DNA from: the human T2T-CHM13v2.0 reference genome, Homo sapiens
Assembly (NCBI RefSeq): GCF_009914755.1
Contig: NC_060942.1
Strand: one strand, 5' to 3'
DNA length: 64,000 nucleotides
The stretch's first letter is position 1. Every line of letters begins with the position of its first letter. The notes under the pieces were generated by a model that was not told the origin of the DNA, ran no database searches, and worked only from the letters and a program-made list of their open reading frames with translations. The position numbers and the translations under genes were made by a program. Shown piece after piece: positions 23,801-38,800 of the stretch.

Positions 23801-26800
23801 TGCATTCAAGCCACAGAATTGAACAATTCCCTTCCTAAAGCAGGTTTGAAACACTCGTTTTGTCGTATCTGGAAGTGGACATTTGGAGCACTTTGACGCC
23901 TTTGGTGAAAAAGGAAATGTCTTCCCGTCAAAACTAGACAGAAGCATTCTAAGAAACATTTTTGGGATATATGTACTCAACTAACAGAGTTGAACCTTCC
24001 TCTTTATAGATCAGTTTTGGAAAGCTCTTTATGTGGAATCTGCAAGTGGATATTCGGATAGCTCTGAGGATTTCGCTGGAGACGGGAATACATAAAGAAA
24101 GTAGACAGCAGCATTCTCGGGAGATTCTTTGTGATGTTTGCTTTTAAGTCACAGAGTTGAATATTCCCTTCAATAGAGCAGGTTTGAAACACTCTTTCTG
24201 TAGTATCTGGAAGTGGACATTTCGATCGATTTCAGGCCTATGTTGAAAAAGGAAATATCGTAACATAAAAACTAGACAGAAGCATTCTCAGAAACGTCTT
24301 TGTGATGTGTGTCCTCAACTAACAGAGTTCAACCTTTCTTATGATACAGCAGTTTGGAAACACTCTTTTTATAGAATTTGCAAGTTGATACATGGATAGC
24401 CCTAACTATTTCGTTGGAAACGGTAATATCTTCATATAAAACCTAGACAGAAGCACTCTCAGAAACTACTTTGTGATATCTGCGTTGATATCAGAGAGTT
24501 GAATATTCCCTTTCTAAGGGCAGGCTTGAAAGCGTCTTTTCGTGGAATCTGCAGGAGGATATTTGGATAGCTTTGAGGGTTTCGTTGGAGACGGGATTAC
24601 ATATCCAAAGTAGACAGCAGCATTCTCAGAAGCTTCTTTATGATGTTTGCGTTTAAGTCACAGACTTGAACGTTCCCTTTCATAGAGCAGGTTTCAAACC
24701 CTCTTTCTGCAGTATCTGGAAGTGGACATTTCGAGCGCTTTCAGGCCTATGGTGAACAAGGAAATATCTTCCCATGCAAACTAGACAGAAGCATTCGCAG
24801 AAACTTGTTTGTGATGTGTGTCCTCAACTCACAGAGTTGAACATTTCGTTTGACAGAGCAGTTTGGAAACACGATTTTTGCAGAATCTGCAAGTGGATAT
24901 TTGGATGGCTTTGTGGATTTCGTTGGAAACGGGAGTATCTTCATAGACAACCTAGACAGTAACATTCTCAGAAACGGCTTTGTGATATCCGCATTCACGT
25001 CACAGAGTTGAACATTCCCTCTCATAGAGCAGGCTTGAAACACACTTTCTGTTGTATCTGGATGTGGGCAATTGGAGCGCTTGGACGCTTATGGTGACAA
25101 AGGAAACATCGTCCCATAAAAACTAGACAGAAGCATTCTCACAAACTGCTTTGTGACTTATGTCTTCAACTAACAGAGTTGAACATTTCTATTCACAGAG
25201 CCGTTTTGAAAGACTCTTTTGGAGTGTCTGCTAGTGGATATTTGGAGAGCTTTAAGGATTTCATTGGAAACCGGAATATCTTCAGGTAAAATCTAGACAG
25301 AGGCATTCTCAGAAACTTCTTTGTAATGTGTGTCCTCAACTAACAGTGTACAACCTATCTTTTGATACAGCACGTTGGAAACACTCTTTTTATAGAATCT
25401 GCAAGTGGATAGTTGGATAGCTCTAACGATTTCGTTGGAAACGGGAAGACCTTCATATAAAATCTAGACAGTGGCAGTCTCAGAAACTGCTTTGTGATAT
25501 CTGCATTCAAGCCACAGAGTTGAACATTTCCCTTCCTAAAGCAGGTTTGAAACACTCGTTTTGTCGTATCTGGAAGTGGACATTTGGAGCACTTTGACGC
25601 TTTTGGTGAAAAAGGAAATGTCCTCCCGTCAAAACTAGACAGAAGCATTCTAAGAAACATTTTTGGGATATATGTACTCAACTAACAGAGTTGAACCTTC
25701 CTCTTTATAGATCAGTTTAGGAAAGCTCTTTACGTGGAATCTGCAAGTGGATATTCGGATAGCTCTGAGGATTTCGCTGGAGACGGGAATACATAAAGAA
25801 AGTAGACTGCAGCATTCTCGGGAGATTCTTTGTGATGTTTGCTTTTAAGTCAGAGAGTTGAATATTCCCTTCAATAGAGCAGGTTTGAAACACTCTTTCT
25901 GTAGTATCTGGAAGTGGACATTTCGATCGATTTCAGGCCTATGTTGAAAAAGGAAATATCGTAACATAAAAACTAGACAGAAGCATTCTCAGAAACGTCT
26001 TTGTGATGTGTGTCCTCAACTAACAGAGTTCAACGTTTCTTATGATACAGCAGTTTGGAAACACTCTTTTTATAGAATTTGCAAGTTGATACATGGATAG
26101 CCCTAACTGTTTCGTTGGAAACGGGAATATCTTTACATAAAACCTAGACAGAAGCACTCTCAGAAACTACTTTGTGAAATCTGCATTGATATCAGAGAGT
26201 TGAATATTCCCTTTCTAAGGGCAGGCTTGAAAGCGTCTTTTCATGGAATCTGCAGGAGGATATTTGGATAGCTTTGAGGGTTACGTTGGAAACGGGATTA
26301 CATGTACAAAGCAGACAGCAGCATTCTCAGAAGCTTCTTTATGATGTTTGCGTTCAAGTCACAGAGTTGAACGTTCCCTTTCATAGAGCAGGTTTCAAAC
26401 CCTCTTTCTGCAGTATCTTGAAGTGGACATTTCGAGCGCTTTCAGGCCTATGGTGAACAAGGAAATATCTTCCCATGCATACTAGACAGAAGCATTCGCA
26501 GAAACTTGTTTGTGATGTGTGTCCTCAACTCACAGAGTTGAACATTTCGTTTGACAGAGCAGTTTGGAAACGCGATTTTTGCAGAATCTGCAAGTGGATA
26601 TTTGGATGGCTTTGTGGATTTCGTTGGAAACGGGAGTATCTTCATAGACAACCTAGACAGTAACATTCTCAGAAACGGCTTTGTGATATCCGCATTCACG
26701 TCACAGAGTTGAACATTCCCTCTCATAGAGCAGGCTTGAAACACACATTCTGTAGTATCTGGATGTGGGCACTTGGAGCGTTTGGACGCTTATGCTGAAA

Positions 26801-29800
26801 AAGAAAATATCGTCCCATAAAAACTAGACAGAAGCATTCTCACAAACTGCTTTGTGACGTATGTCTTCAACTAACAGAGTTGAACATTTCTATTCACAGA
26901 GCCGTTTTGAAAGTGTCTTTTGGAGTGTCTGCTAGTGGATATTTGGAGAGCTTTAAGGATTTCATTGGAAACCGGAATATCTTCAGGTAAAATCTAGACA
27001 GAGGCATTCTCAGAAACTTCTTTGTAATGGGTGTCCTCAACTAACAGTGTACAACCTATCTTTTGATACAGCACGTTGGAAACACTCTTTTTATAGAATC
27101 TGCAAGTGGATAGTTGGATAGCTCTAAAGATTTCGTTGGAAACGGGAAGGCCTTCATATAAAATCTAGACAGTGGCACTCTCAGAAACTGCTTTGTGATA
27201 TCTGCATTCAAGCCACAGAGTTGAACATTTCCCTTCCTAAAGCAGGTTTGAAACACTCGTTTTGTCGTATCTGGAAGTGGACATTTGGAGCACTTTGACA
27301 CTTTTGGTGAAAAAGGAAATGTCCTCCCGTCAAAACTAGACAGAAGCATTCTAAGAAACATTTTTGGGATATATGTACTCAACTAACAGAGTTGAACCTT
27401 CCTCTTTATAGATCAGTTTTGGAAAGCTCTTTACGTGGAATCTGCAAGTGGATATTCGGATAGCTCTGAGGATTTCGCTGGAGACGGGAATACATAAAGA
27501 AAGTAGACAGCAGCATTCTCGGGAGATTCTTTGTGATGTTTGCTTTTAAGTCACAGAGTTGAATATTCCCTTCAATAGAGCAGGTTTGAAACACTCTTTC
27601 TGTAGTATCTGGAAGTGGACATTTCGATCGATTTCAGGCCTATGTTGAAAAAGGAAATATCCTAACATAAAAACTAGACAGAAGCATTCTCAGAAACGTC
27701 TTTGTGATGTGTGTCCTCAACTAACAGAGTTCAACCTTTCTTATGATACAGCAGTTGGGAAACACTCTTTTTATAGAATTTGCAAGTTGATACATGGATA
27801 GCCCTAACTATTTCGTTGGAAACGGGAATATCTTTACATGAAACCTAGACAGAAGCACTCTCAGAAACTACTTTGTGATATCTGCATTGATATCAGAGAG
27901 TTGAATATTCCCTTTCTAAGGGCAGGCTTGAAAGCGTCTTTTCATGGAATCTGTAGGAGGATATTTGGATAGCTTTGAGGGTCACGTTGGAAACGGGATT
28001 ACATGTACAAAGCAGACAGCAGCATTCTTAGAAGATTCTTTATGATGTTTGCATTCAAGTCACAGAGTTGAACGTTCCCTTTCATAGAGCAGGTTTCAAA
28101 CCCCCTTTCTGCAGTATCTGGAAGCGGACATTTCGAGCGCTTTCAGGCCTATGGTGAACAAGGAAATATCTTCCCATGCAAACTAGACAGAAGCATTCGT
28201 AGAAACTTGTTTGTGATGTGTGTCATCAACTCACAGAGTTGAACATTTCGTTTGACAGAGCAGTTTGGAAACACGATTCTTGTAGAATCTGCAAGTGGAT
28301 ATTTGGATGGCTTTGTGGATTTCGTTGGAAACGGGAGTATCTTCATAGACAACCTAGACAGTAACATTCTCAGAAACGGCTTTGTGATATCCGCATTCAC
28401 GTCACAGAGTTGAACATTCCCTCTCATAGAGCAGGCTTGAAACACACATTCTGTAGTATCTGGATGTGGGCACTTGGAGCGCTTGGACGCTTATGGTGAA
28501 AAAGGAAATATCGTCCCATAAAAACTAGACAGAAGCATTCTCACAAACTGCTTTGTGACGTATGTCTTCAACTAACAGAGTTGAACATTTCTATTCACAG
28601 AGCCGTTTTGAAAGACTCTTTTGGAGTGTCTGCTAGTGGATATTTGGAGAGCTTTAAGGATTTCATTGGAAACCGGAATATCTTCAGGTAAAGTCTAGAC
28701 AGAGGCATTCTCAGAAACTTCTTTGTAATGTGTGTCCTCAACTAACAGTGTACAACCTATCTTTTGATACAGCACGTAGGAAACACTCTTTTTATAGAAT
28801 CTGCAAGTGGGTAGTTGGATAGCTCTAACGATTTCGTTGGAAAGGGGAAGACCTTCATATAAAATCTAGACAGTGGCACTCTCAGAAACTGCTTTGTGAT
28901 ATCTGCATTCAAGCCACAGAATTGAACAATTCCTTTCCTAAAGCAGGTTTGAAACACTCGTTTTGTCGTATCTGGAAGTGGACATTTGGAGCACTTTGAC
29001 GCCTTTGGTGAAAAAGGAAATGTCTTCCCGTCAAAACTAGACAGAAGCATTCTAAGAAACATTTTTGGGATATATGTACTCAACTAACAGAGTTGAACCT
29101 TCCTCTTTATAGATCAGTTTTGGAAAGCTCTTTATGTGGAATCTGCAAGTGGATATTCGGATAGCTCTGAGGATTTCGCTGGAGACGGGAATACATAAAG
29201 AAAGTAGACAGCAGCATTCTCGGGAGATTCTTTGTGATGTTTGCTTTTAAGTCACAGAGTTGAATATTCCCTTCAATAGAGCAGGTTTGAAACACTCTTT
29301 CTGTAGTATCTGGAAGTGGACATTTCGATCGATTTCAGGCCTATGTTGAAAAAGGAAATATCGTAACATAAAAACTAGACAGAAGCATTCTCAGAAACGT
29401 CTTTGTGATGTGTGTCCTCAACTAACAGAGTTCAACCTTTCTTATGATACAGCAGTTTGGAAACACTCTTTTTATAGAATTTGCAAGTTGATACATGGAT
29501 AGCCCTAACTATTTCGTTGGAAACGGGAATATCTTCATATAAAACCTAGACAGAAGCACTCTCAGAAACTACTTTGTGATATCTGCGTTGATATCAGAGA
29601 GTTGAATATTCCCTTTCTAAGGGCAGGCTTGAAAGCGTCTTTTCGTGGAATCTGCAGGAGGATATTTGGATAGCTTTGAGGGTTACGTTGGAAACGGGAT
29701 TACATACACAAAGTAGACAGCAGCATTCTCAGAAGCTTCATTATGATGTTTGCGTTTAAGTCACAGAGTTGAACGTTCCCTTTCATAGAGCAGGTTTCAA

Positions 29801-32800
29801 ACCCTCTTTCTGCAGTATCTGGAAGTGGACATTTCGAGCGCTTTCAGGCCTATGGTGAACAAGGAAATATCTTCCCATGCAAACTAGACAGAAGCATTCA
29901 CAGAAACTTGTTTGTGATGTGTGTCCTCAACTCACAGAGTTGAACATTTCGTTTGACAGAGCAGTTTGGAAACACGATTCTTGTAGAATCTGCAAGTGGA
30001 TATTTGGATGGCTTTGTGGATTTCATTGGAAACGGGAGTATCTTCATAGAAAACCTAGACAGTAACATTCTCAGAAACTGCTTTGTGATATCCGCATTCA
30101 CGTCACAGAGTTGAACTTTCCCTCTCATAGAGCAGGCTTGAAACACACTTTCTGTAGTATCTGGATGTGGGCACTTGGAGCGCTTGGACGCTTATGGTGA
30201 AAAAGGAAATATCGTCCCATAAAAACTAGACAGAAGCATTCTCACAAACTGCTTTGTGACGTATGTCTTCAACTAACAGAGTTGAACATTTCTATTCACA
30301 GAGCCGTTTTGAAAGACTCTTTTGGAGTGTCTGCTAGTGGATAATTGGAGAGCTTTAAGGATTTCAATGGAAACCGGAGTATCCTCAGGTAAAGTCTAGA
30401 CAGAGGCATTCTCAGAAACTTCTTTGTAATGTGTGTCCTCAACTAACAGTGTACAACCTATCTTTTGATACAGCACGTTGGAAACACTCTTTTTATAGAA
30501 TCTGCAAGTGGGTAGTTGGATAGCTCTAACGATTTCGTTGGAAACGGGAAGACCTTCATATAAAATCTAGACAGTGGCACTCTCAGAAACTGCTTTGTGA
30601 TATCTGCATTCAAGCCACAGAGTTGAACAATTCCCTTCCTAAAGCAGGTTTGAAACACTCGTTTTGTCGTATCTGGAAGTGGACATTTGGAGCATTTTGA
30701 CGCCTTTGGTGAAAAAGGAAATCTCTTCCCGTCAAAACTAGACAGAAGCATTCTAAGAAACATTTTTGGGATATATGTACTCAACTAACAGAGTTGAACC
30801 TTCCTCTTTATAGATCAGTTTTGGAAAGCTCTTTATGTGGAATCTGCAAGTGGATATTCGGATAGCTCTGAGGATTTCGCTGGAGACGGGAATACATAAA
30901 GAAAGTAGACAGCAGTATTCTCGGGAGATTCTTTGTGATGTTTGCTTTGAAGTCACAGAGTTGAATATTCCCTTCAATAGAGCAGGTTTGAAACACTCTT
31001 TCTGTAGTATCTGGAAGTGGACATTTCGATCGATTTCAGACCTATGTTGAAAAAGGAAATATCGTAACATAAAAACTAGACAGAAGCATTCTCAGAAACG
31101 TCTTTGTGATGTGTGTCCTCAACTAACAGAGTTCAACTTTTCTTATGATACAGCAGTTTGGAAACACTCTTTTTATAGAATTTGCAAGTTGATACATGGA
31201 TAGCCCTAACTATTTCGTTGGAAACGGGAATATCTTCATATAAAACCTAGACAGAAGCACTCTCAGAAACTACTTTGTGATATCTGCGTTGATATCAGAG
31301 AGTTGAATATTCCCTTTCTAAGGGCAGGCTTGAAAGCGTCTTTTCGTGGAATCTGCAGGAGGATATTTGGATAGCTTTGAGGGTTACGTTGGAAACGGGA
31401 TTACATATACAAAGTAGACAGCAGCATTCTCAAAAGCTTCTTTATGATGTTTGCGTTGAAGTCACAGAGTTGAACGTTCCCATTCATAGAGCAGGTTTCA
31501 AACCCTCTTTCTGCAGTATCTGGAAGTGGACATTTCGAGCGCTTTCAGGCCTATGGTGAACAAGGAAATATCTTCCCATGCAAACTAGACAGAAGCATTC
31601 ACAGAAACTTGATTGTGATGTGTGTCCTCAACTCACAGAGTTGAACATTTCGTTTGACAGAGTAGTTTGGAAACACGATTTTTGCAGAATCTGCAAGTGG
31701 ATATTTGGATGGCTTTGTGGATTTCGTTGGAAACGGGAGTATCTTCATAGACAACCTAGACAGTAACATTCTCAGAAACGGCTTTGTGATATCCGCATTC
31801 ACGTCACAGAGTTGAACATTCCCTCTCATAGAGCAGGCTTGAAACACACTTTCTGTAGTATCTGGATGTGGGCACTTGGAGCGCTTGGACGCTTATGGTG
31901 AAAAAGGAAATATCGTCCCATAAAAACTAGACAGAAGCATTCTCACAAACTGCTTTGTGACGTATGTCTTCAACTAACTGAGTTGAACATTTCTATTCAC
32001 AGAGCCGTTTTGAAAGACTCTTTTGGAGTGTCTGCTAGTGGATATATGGAGAGCTTTAAGGATATCATTGGAAACCGGAATATCTCCAGGTAGAATCTAG
32101 ACAGAGGCATTCTCAGAAACTTCTTTGTAATGTGTGTCCTCAACTAACAGTGTACAACCTATCTTTTGATACAGCACGTTGGAAACACTCTTTTTATAGA
32201 ATCTGCAAGTGGGTAGTTGGATAGCTCTAACGATTTCGTTGGAAACGGGAAGACCTTCATATAAAATCTAGACAGTGGCACTCTCAGAAACTGCTTTGTG
32301 ATATCTGCATTCAAGCCACAGAGTTGAACAATTCCCTTCCTAAAGCAGGTTTGAAACACTCGTTTTGTCGTATCTGGAAGTGGACATTTGGAGCATTTTG
32401 ACGCCTTTGGTGAAAAAGGAAATCTCTTCCCGTCAAAACTAGACAGAAGCATTCTAAGAAACATTTTTGGGATATATGTACTCAACTAACAGAGTTGAAC
32501 CTTCCTCTTTATAGATCAGTTTTGGAAAGCTCTTTATGTGGAATCTGCAAGTGGATATTCGGATAGCTCTGAGGATTTCGCTGGAGACGGGAATACATAA
32601 AGAAAGTAGACAGCAGTATTCTCGGGAGATTCTTTGTGATGTTTGCTTTGAAGTCACAGAGTTGAATATTCCCTTCAATAGAGCAGGTTTGAAACACTCT
32701 TTCTGTAGTATCTGGAAGTGGACATTTCGATCGATTTCAGGCCTATGTTGAAAAAGGAAATATCGTAACATAAAAACTAGACAGAAGCATTCTCAGAAAC

Positions 32801-35800
32801 GTCTTTGTGATGTGTGTCCTCAACTAACAGAGTTCAACTTTTCTTATGATACAGCAGTTTGGAAACACTCTTTTTATAGAATTTGCAAGTTGATACATGG
32901 ATAGCCCTAACTATTTCGTTGGAAACGGGAATATCTTCATATAAAACCTAGACAGAAGCACTCTCAGAAACTACTTTGTGATATCTGCGTTGATATCAGA
33001 GAGTTGAATATTCCCTTTCTAAGGGCAGGCTTGAAAGCGTCTTTTCGTGGAATCTGCAGGAGGATATTTGGATAGCTTTGAGGGTTACGTTGGAAACGGG
33101 ATTACATATACAAAGTAGACAGCAGCATTCTCAGAAGCTTCTTTATGATGTTTGCGTTTAAGTCACAGAGTTGAACGTTCCCATTCATAGAGCAGGTTTC
33201 AAACCCTCTTTCTGCAGTATCTGGAAGTGGACATTTCGAGCGCTTTCAGGCCTATGGTGAACAAGGAAATATCTTCCCATGCAAACTAGACAGAAGCATT
33301 CACAGAAACTTGATTGTGATGTGTGTCCTCAACTCACAGAGTTGAACATTTCGTTTGACAGAGTAGTTTGGAAACACGATTTTTGCAGAATCTGCAAGTG
33401 GATATTTGGATGGCTTTGTGGATTTCGTTGGAAACGGGAGTATCTTCATAGACAACCTAGACAGTAACATTCTCAGAAACGGCTTTGTGATATCCGCATT
33501 CACGTCACAGAGTTGAACATTCCCTCTCATAGAGCAGGCTTGAAACACACTTTCTGTAGTATCTGCATGTGGGCACTTGGAGCGCTTGGACGCTTATGGT
33601 GAAAAAGGAAATATCGTCCCATAAAAACTAGACAGAAGCATTCTCACAAACTGCTTTGTGATGTATGTCTTCAACTAACTGAGTTGAACATTTCTATTCA
33701 CAGAGCCGTTTTGAAAGACTCTTTTGGAGTGTCTGCTAGTGGATATAATGAGAGCTTTAAGGATATCATTGGAAACCGGAATATCTCCAGGTAGAATCTA
33801 GACAGAGGCATTCTCAGAAACTTCTTTGTAATGTGTGTCCTCAACTAACAGTGTACAACCTATCTTTTGATACAGCACGTTGGAAACACTCTTTTTATAG
33901 AATCTGCAAGTGGATAGTTGGATAGCTCTAACGATTTCATTGGAAACGGGAAGACCTTCATATAAAATCTAGACAGTGGCACTCTCAGAAACTGCTTTGT
34001 GATATCTGCATTCAAGCCACAGAGTTGAACATTTCCCTTCCTAAAGCAGGTTTGAAACACTCGTTTTGTCGTATCTGGAAGTGGACATTTGGAGCACTTT
34101 GACGCCTTTGGTGAAAAAGGAAATGTCTTCCCGTCAAAACTAGACAGAAGCATTCTAAGAAACATTTTTGAGATATATGTACTCAACTAACAGAGTTGAA
34201 CCTTCCTCTTTATAGATCAGTTTTGGAAAGCTCTTTATGTGGAATCTGCAAGTGGATATTCGGATAGATCTGAGGATTTCGCTGGAGACGGGATTACATA
34301 AAGAAAGTAGACAGCAGCATTCTCGGGAGATTCTTTGTGATGTTTGCTTTGAAGTCACAGAGTTGAATATTCCCTTCAATAGAGCACGTTTGAAACACTC
34401 TTTCTGTAGTATCTGGAAGTGGACATTTCGATCGATTTCAGGCCTATGTTGAAAAAGGAAATATCGTAACATAAAGCTAGACAGAAACATTCTCAGAAAC
34501 GTCTTTGTGATGTGTGTCCTCAACTAACAGAGTTCAGCCTTTCTTATGATACAGCAGTTTGGAAACACTCTTTTTATAGAATTTGCAAGTTGATACATGG
34601 ATAGCCCTAACTATTTCGTTGCAAACGGGAATATCTTCATATAAAACCTAGACAGAAGCACTCTCAGAAACTACTATGTGTTATCTGCATTGATATCAGA
34701 GAGTTGAATATTCCCTTTCTAAGGGCAGGCTTGAAAGCGTCTTTTCGTGGAATCTGCAGGAGGATATTTGGATAGCTTTGAGGGTTACGTTGGAAACGGG
34801 ATTACATATACAAAGTAGACAGCAGCATTCTCAGAAGCTTCTTTATGATGTTTGCGTTTAAGTCACAGAGTTGAACGTTCCCTTTCATAGAGCAGGTTTC
34901 AAACCCTCTTTCTGCAGTATCTGGAAGTGGACATTTCGAGCGCTTTCAGGCCTATGGTGAACAAGGAAATATCTTCCCATGCAAACTAGACAGAAGCATT
35001 CGCAGAAACTTGTTTGTGATGTGTGTCCTCAACTCACAGAGTTGAACATTTCGTTTGACAGAGCAGTTTGGAAACACGATTTTTGCAGAATCTGCAAGTG
35101 GATATTTGGATGGCTTTGTGGATTTCGTTGGAAACGGGAGTATCTTCATAGACAACCTAGACAGTAACATTCTCAGAAACGGCTTTGTGATATCCGCATT
35201 CACGTCACAGAGTTGAACTTTCCCTCTCATAGAGCAGGCTTGAAACACACTTTCTGTAGTATCTGGATGTGGGCACTTGGAGCGCTTGGACGCTTATGGT
35301 GAAAAAGGAAATATCGTCCCATAAAAACTAGACAGAAGCATTCTCACAAACTGCTTTGTGACTTATGTCTTCAACTAACAGAGTTGAACATTTCTATTCA
35401 CAGAGCCGTTTTGAAAGACTCTTTTGGAGTGTCTGCTAGTGGATATTTGGAGAGCATTAAGGATTTCATTGGAAACCGGAATATCTTCAGGTAAAATCTA
35501 GACAGAGGCATTCTCAGAAACTTCTTTGTAATGTGTGTCCTCAACTAACAGTGTACAACCTATCTTTTGATACAGCACGTTGGAAACACTCTTTTTATAG
35601 AATCTGCAATTGGATAGTTGGATAGCTCTAACGATTTCGTTGGAAACGGGAATACCTTCATATAAAATCTAGACAGTGGCACTCTCAGAAACTGCTTTGT
35701 GATATCTGCATTCAAGCCACAGAGTTGAACATTTCCCTTCCTAAAGCAGGTTTGAAACACTCGTTTTGTCGTATCTGGAAGTGGACATTTGGAGCACTTT

Positions 35801-38800
35801 GACACCTTTGGTGAAAAAGGAAATGTCTTCCCGTCAAAACTAGACAGAAGCATTCTAAGAAACATTTTTGAGATATATGTACTCAACTAACAGAGTTGAA
35901 CCTTCCTCTTTATAGATCAGTTTTGGAAAGCTCTTTATGTGGAATCTGCAAGTGGATATTCGGATAGCTCTGAGGATATCGCTGGAGACGGGAATACATA
36001 AAGAAAGTAGACAGCAGCATTCTCGGGAGATTCTTTGTGATGTTTGCTTTTAAGTCACAGAGTTGAATATTCCCTTCAATAGAGCAGGTTTGAAACACTC
36101 TTTCTGTAGTATCTGGAAGTGGACATTTCGATCGATTTCAGGCCTATGTTGAAAAAGGAAATATCGTAACATAAAAAATAGACAGAAGCATTCTCAGAAA
36201 CGTCTTTGTGATGTGTGTCCTCAACTAACAGAGTTCAACATTTCTTATGATACAGCAGTTTGGAAACACTCTTTTTATAGAATTTGCAAGTTGATACATG
36301 GATAGCCCTAACTATTTCGTTGGAAACGGGAATATCTTCATATAAAACCGAGACAGAAGCACTCTCAGTAACTACTTTGTGATATCTGCGTTGATATCAG
36401 AGAGTTGAATATTCCCTTTCTAAGGGCAGGCTTGAAAGCGTCTTTTCGTGGAATCTGCAGGAGGATATTTGGATAGCTTTGAGGGTTACGTTGGAAACGG
36501 GATTACATATACAAAGTAGACAGCAGCATTCTCAGAAGCTTCTTTATGATGTTTGCGTTTAAGTCACAGAGTTGAACGTTCCCTTTCATAGAGCAGGTTT
36601 CAAACCCTCTTTCTGCAGTATCTGGAATTGGACATTTCGAGCGCTTTCAGGCCTATGGTGAACAAGGAAATATCTTCCCATGCAAACTAGACAGAAGCAT
36701 TCGCAGAAACTTGTTTGTGATGTGTGTCCTCAACTCACAGAGTTGAACATTTCGTATGACAGAGCAGTTTGGAAACACGATTTTTGCAGAATCTGCAAGT
36801 GGATATTTGGATGGCTTTGTGGATTTCGTTGAAAACGGGAGTATCTTCATAGACAACCTAGACAGTAACATTCTCAGAAACGGCTTTGTGATATCCGCAT
36901 TCACGTCACAGAGTTGAACTTTCCCTCTCATAGAGCAGGCTTGAAACACACTTTCTGTAGTATCTGGATGTGGGCACTTGGAGCGCTTGGACGCTTATGG
37001 TGAAAAAGGAAATATCGTCCCATAAAAACTAGACAGAAGCATTCTCACAAACTGCTTTGTGACGTATGTCTTCAACTAACAGAGTTGAACATTTCTATTC
37101 ACAGAGCCGTTTTGAAAGACTCTTTTGGAGTGTCTGCTAGTGGATATTTGGAGAGCTTTAAGGATTTCATTGGAAACCGGAATATCTTCAGGTAAAATCT
37201 AGACAGAGGCATTCTCAGAAACTTCTTTGTAATGTGTGTCCTCAACTAACAGTGTACAACCTATCTTTTGATACAGCACGTTGGAAACACTCTTTTTATA
37301 GAATCTGCAAGTGGATAGTTGGATAGCTCTAATGATTTCGTTGGAAACGGGAAGACCTTCATATAAAATCTAGACAGTTTCACTCTCAGAAACTGCTTTG
37401 TGATATCTGCATTCAAGCCACAGAGTTGAACATTTCCCTTCCTAAAGCAGGTTTGAAACACTCGTTTTGTCGTATCTGGAAGTGGACATTTGGAGCACTT
37501 TGACGCCTTTGGTGAAAAAGGAAATGTCTTCCCGTCAAAACTAGACAGAAGCATTCTAAGAAACATTTTTGAGATATATGTACTCAACTAACAGAGTTGA
37601 ACCTTCCTCTTTATAGATCAGTTTTGGAAAGCTCTTTATGTGGAATCTGCAAGTGGATATTCGGATAGATCTGAGGATTTCGCTGGAGACGGGATTACAT
37701 AAAGAAAGTAGACAGCAGCATTCTCGGGAGATTCTTTGTGATGTTTGCTTTGAAGTCACAGAGTTGAATATTCCCTTCAATAGAGCACGTTTGAAACACT
37801 CTTTCTGTAGTATCTGGAAGTGGACATTTCGATCGATTTCAGGCCTATGTTGAAAAAGGAAATATCGTAACATAAAGCTAGACAGAAACATTCTCAGAAA
37901 CGTCTTTGTGATGTGTGTCCTCAACTAACAGAGTTCAGCCTTTCTTATGATACAGCAGTTTGGAAACACTCTTTTTATAGAATTTGCAAGTTGATACATG
38001 GATAGCCCTAACTATTTCGTTGCAAACGGGAATATCTTCATATAAAACCTAGACAGAAGCACTCTCAGAAACTACTTTGTGTTATCTGCATTGATATCAG
38101 AGAGTTGAATATTCCCTTTCTAAGGGCAGGCTTGAAAGCGTCTTTTCGTGGAATCTGCAGGAGGATATTTGGATAGCTTTGAGGGTTACGTTGGAAACGG
38201 GATTACATATACAAAGTAGACAGCAGCATTCTCAGAAGCTTCTTTATGATGTTTGCGTTTAAGTCACAGAGTTGAACGTTCCCTTTCATAGAGCAGGTTT
38301 CAAACCCTCTTTCTGCAGTATCTGGAAGTGGACATTTCGAGCGCTTTCAGGCCTATGGTGAACAAGGAAATATCTTCCCATGCAAACTAGACAGAAGCAT
38401 TCGCAGAAACTTGTTTGTGATGTGTGTCCTCAACTCACAGAGTTGAACATTTCGTTTGACAGAGCAGTTTGGAAACACGATTTTTGCAGAATCTGCAAGT
38501 GGATATTTGGATGGCTTTGTGGATTTCGTTGGAAACGGGAGTATCTTCATAGACAACCTAGACAGTAACATTCTCAGAAACGGCTTTGTGATATCCGCAT
38601 TCACGTCACAGAGTTGAACTTTCCCTCTCATAGAGCAGGCTTGAAACACACTTTCTGTAGTATCTGGATGTGGGCACTTGGAGCGCTTGGACGCTTATGG
38701 TGAAAAAGGAAATATCGTCCCATAAAAACTAGACAGAAGCATTCTCACAAACTGCTTTGTGACTTATGTCTTCAACTAACAGAGTTGAACATTTCTATTC

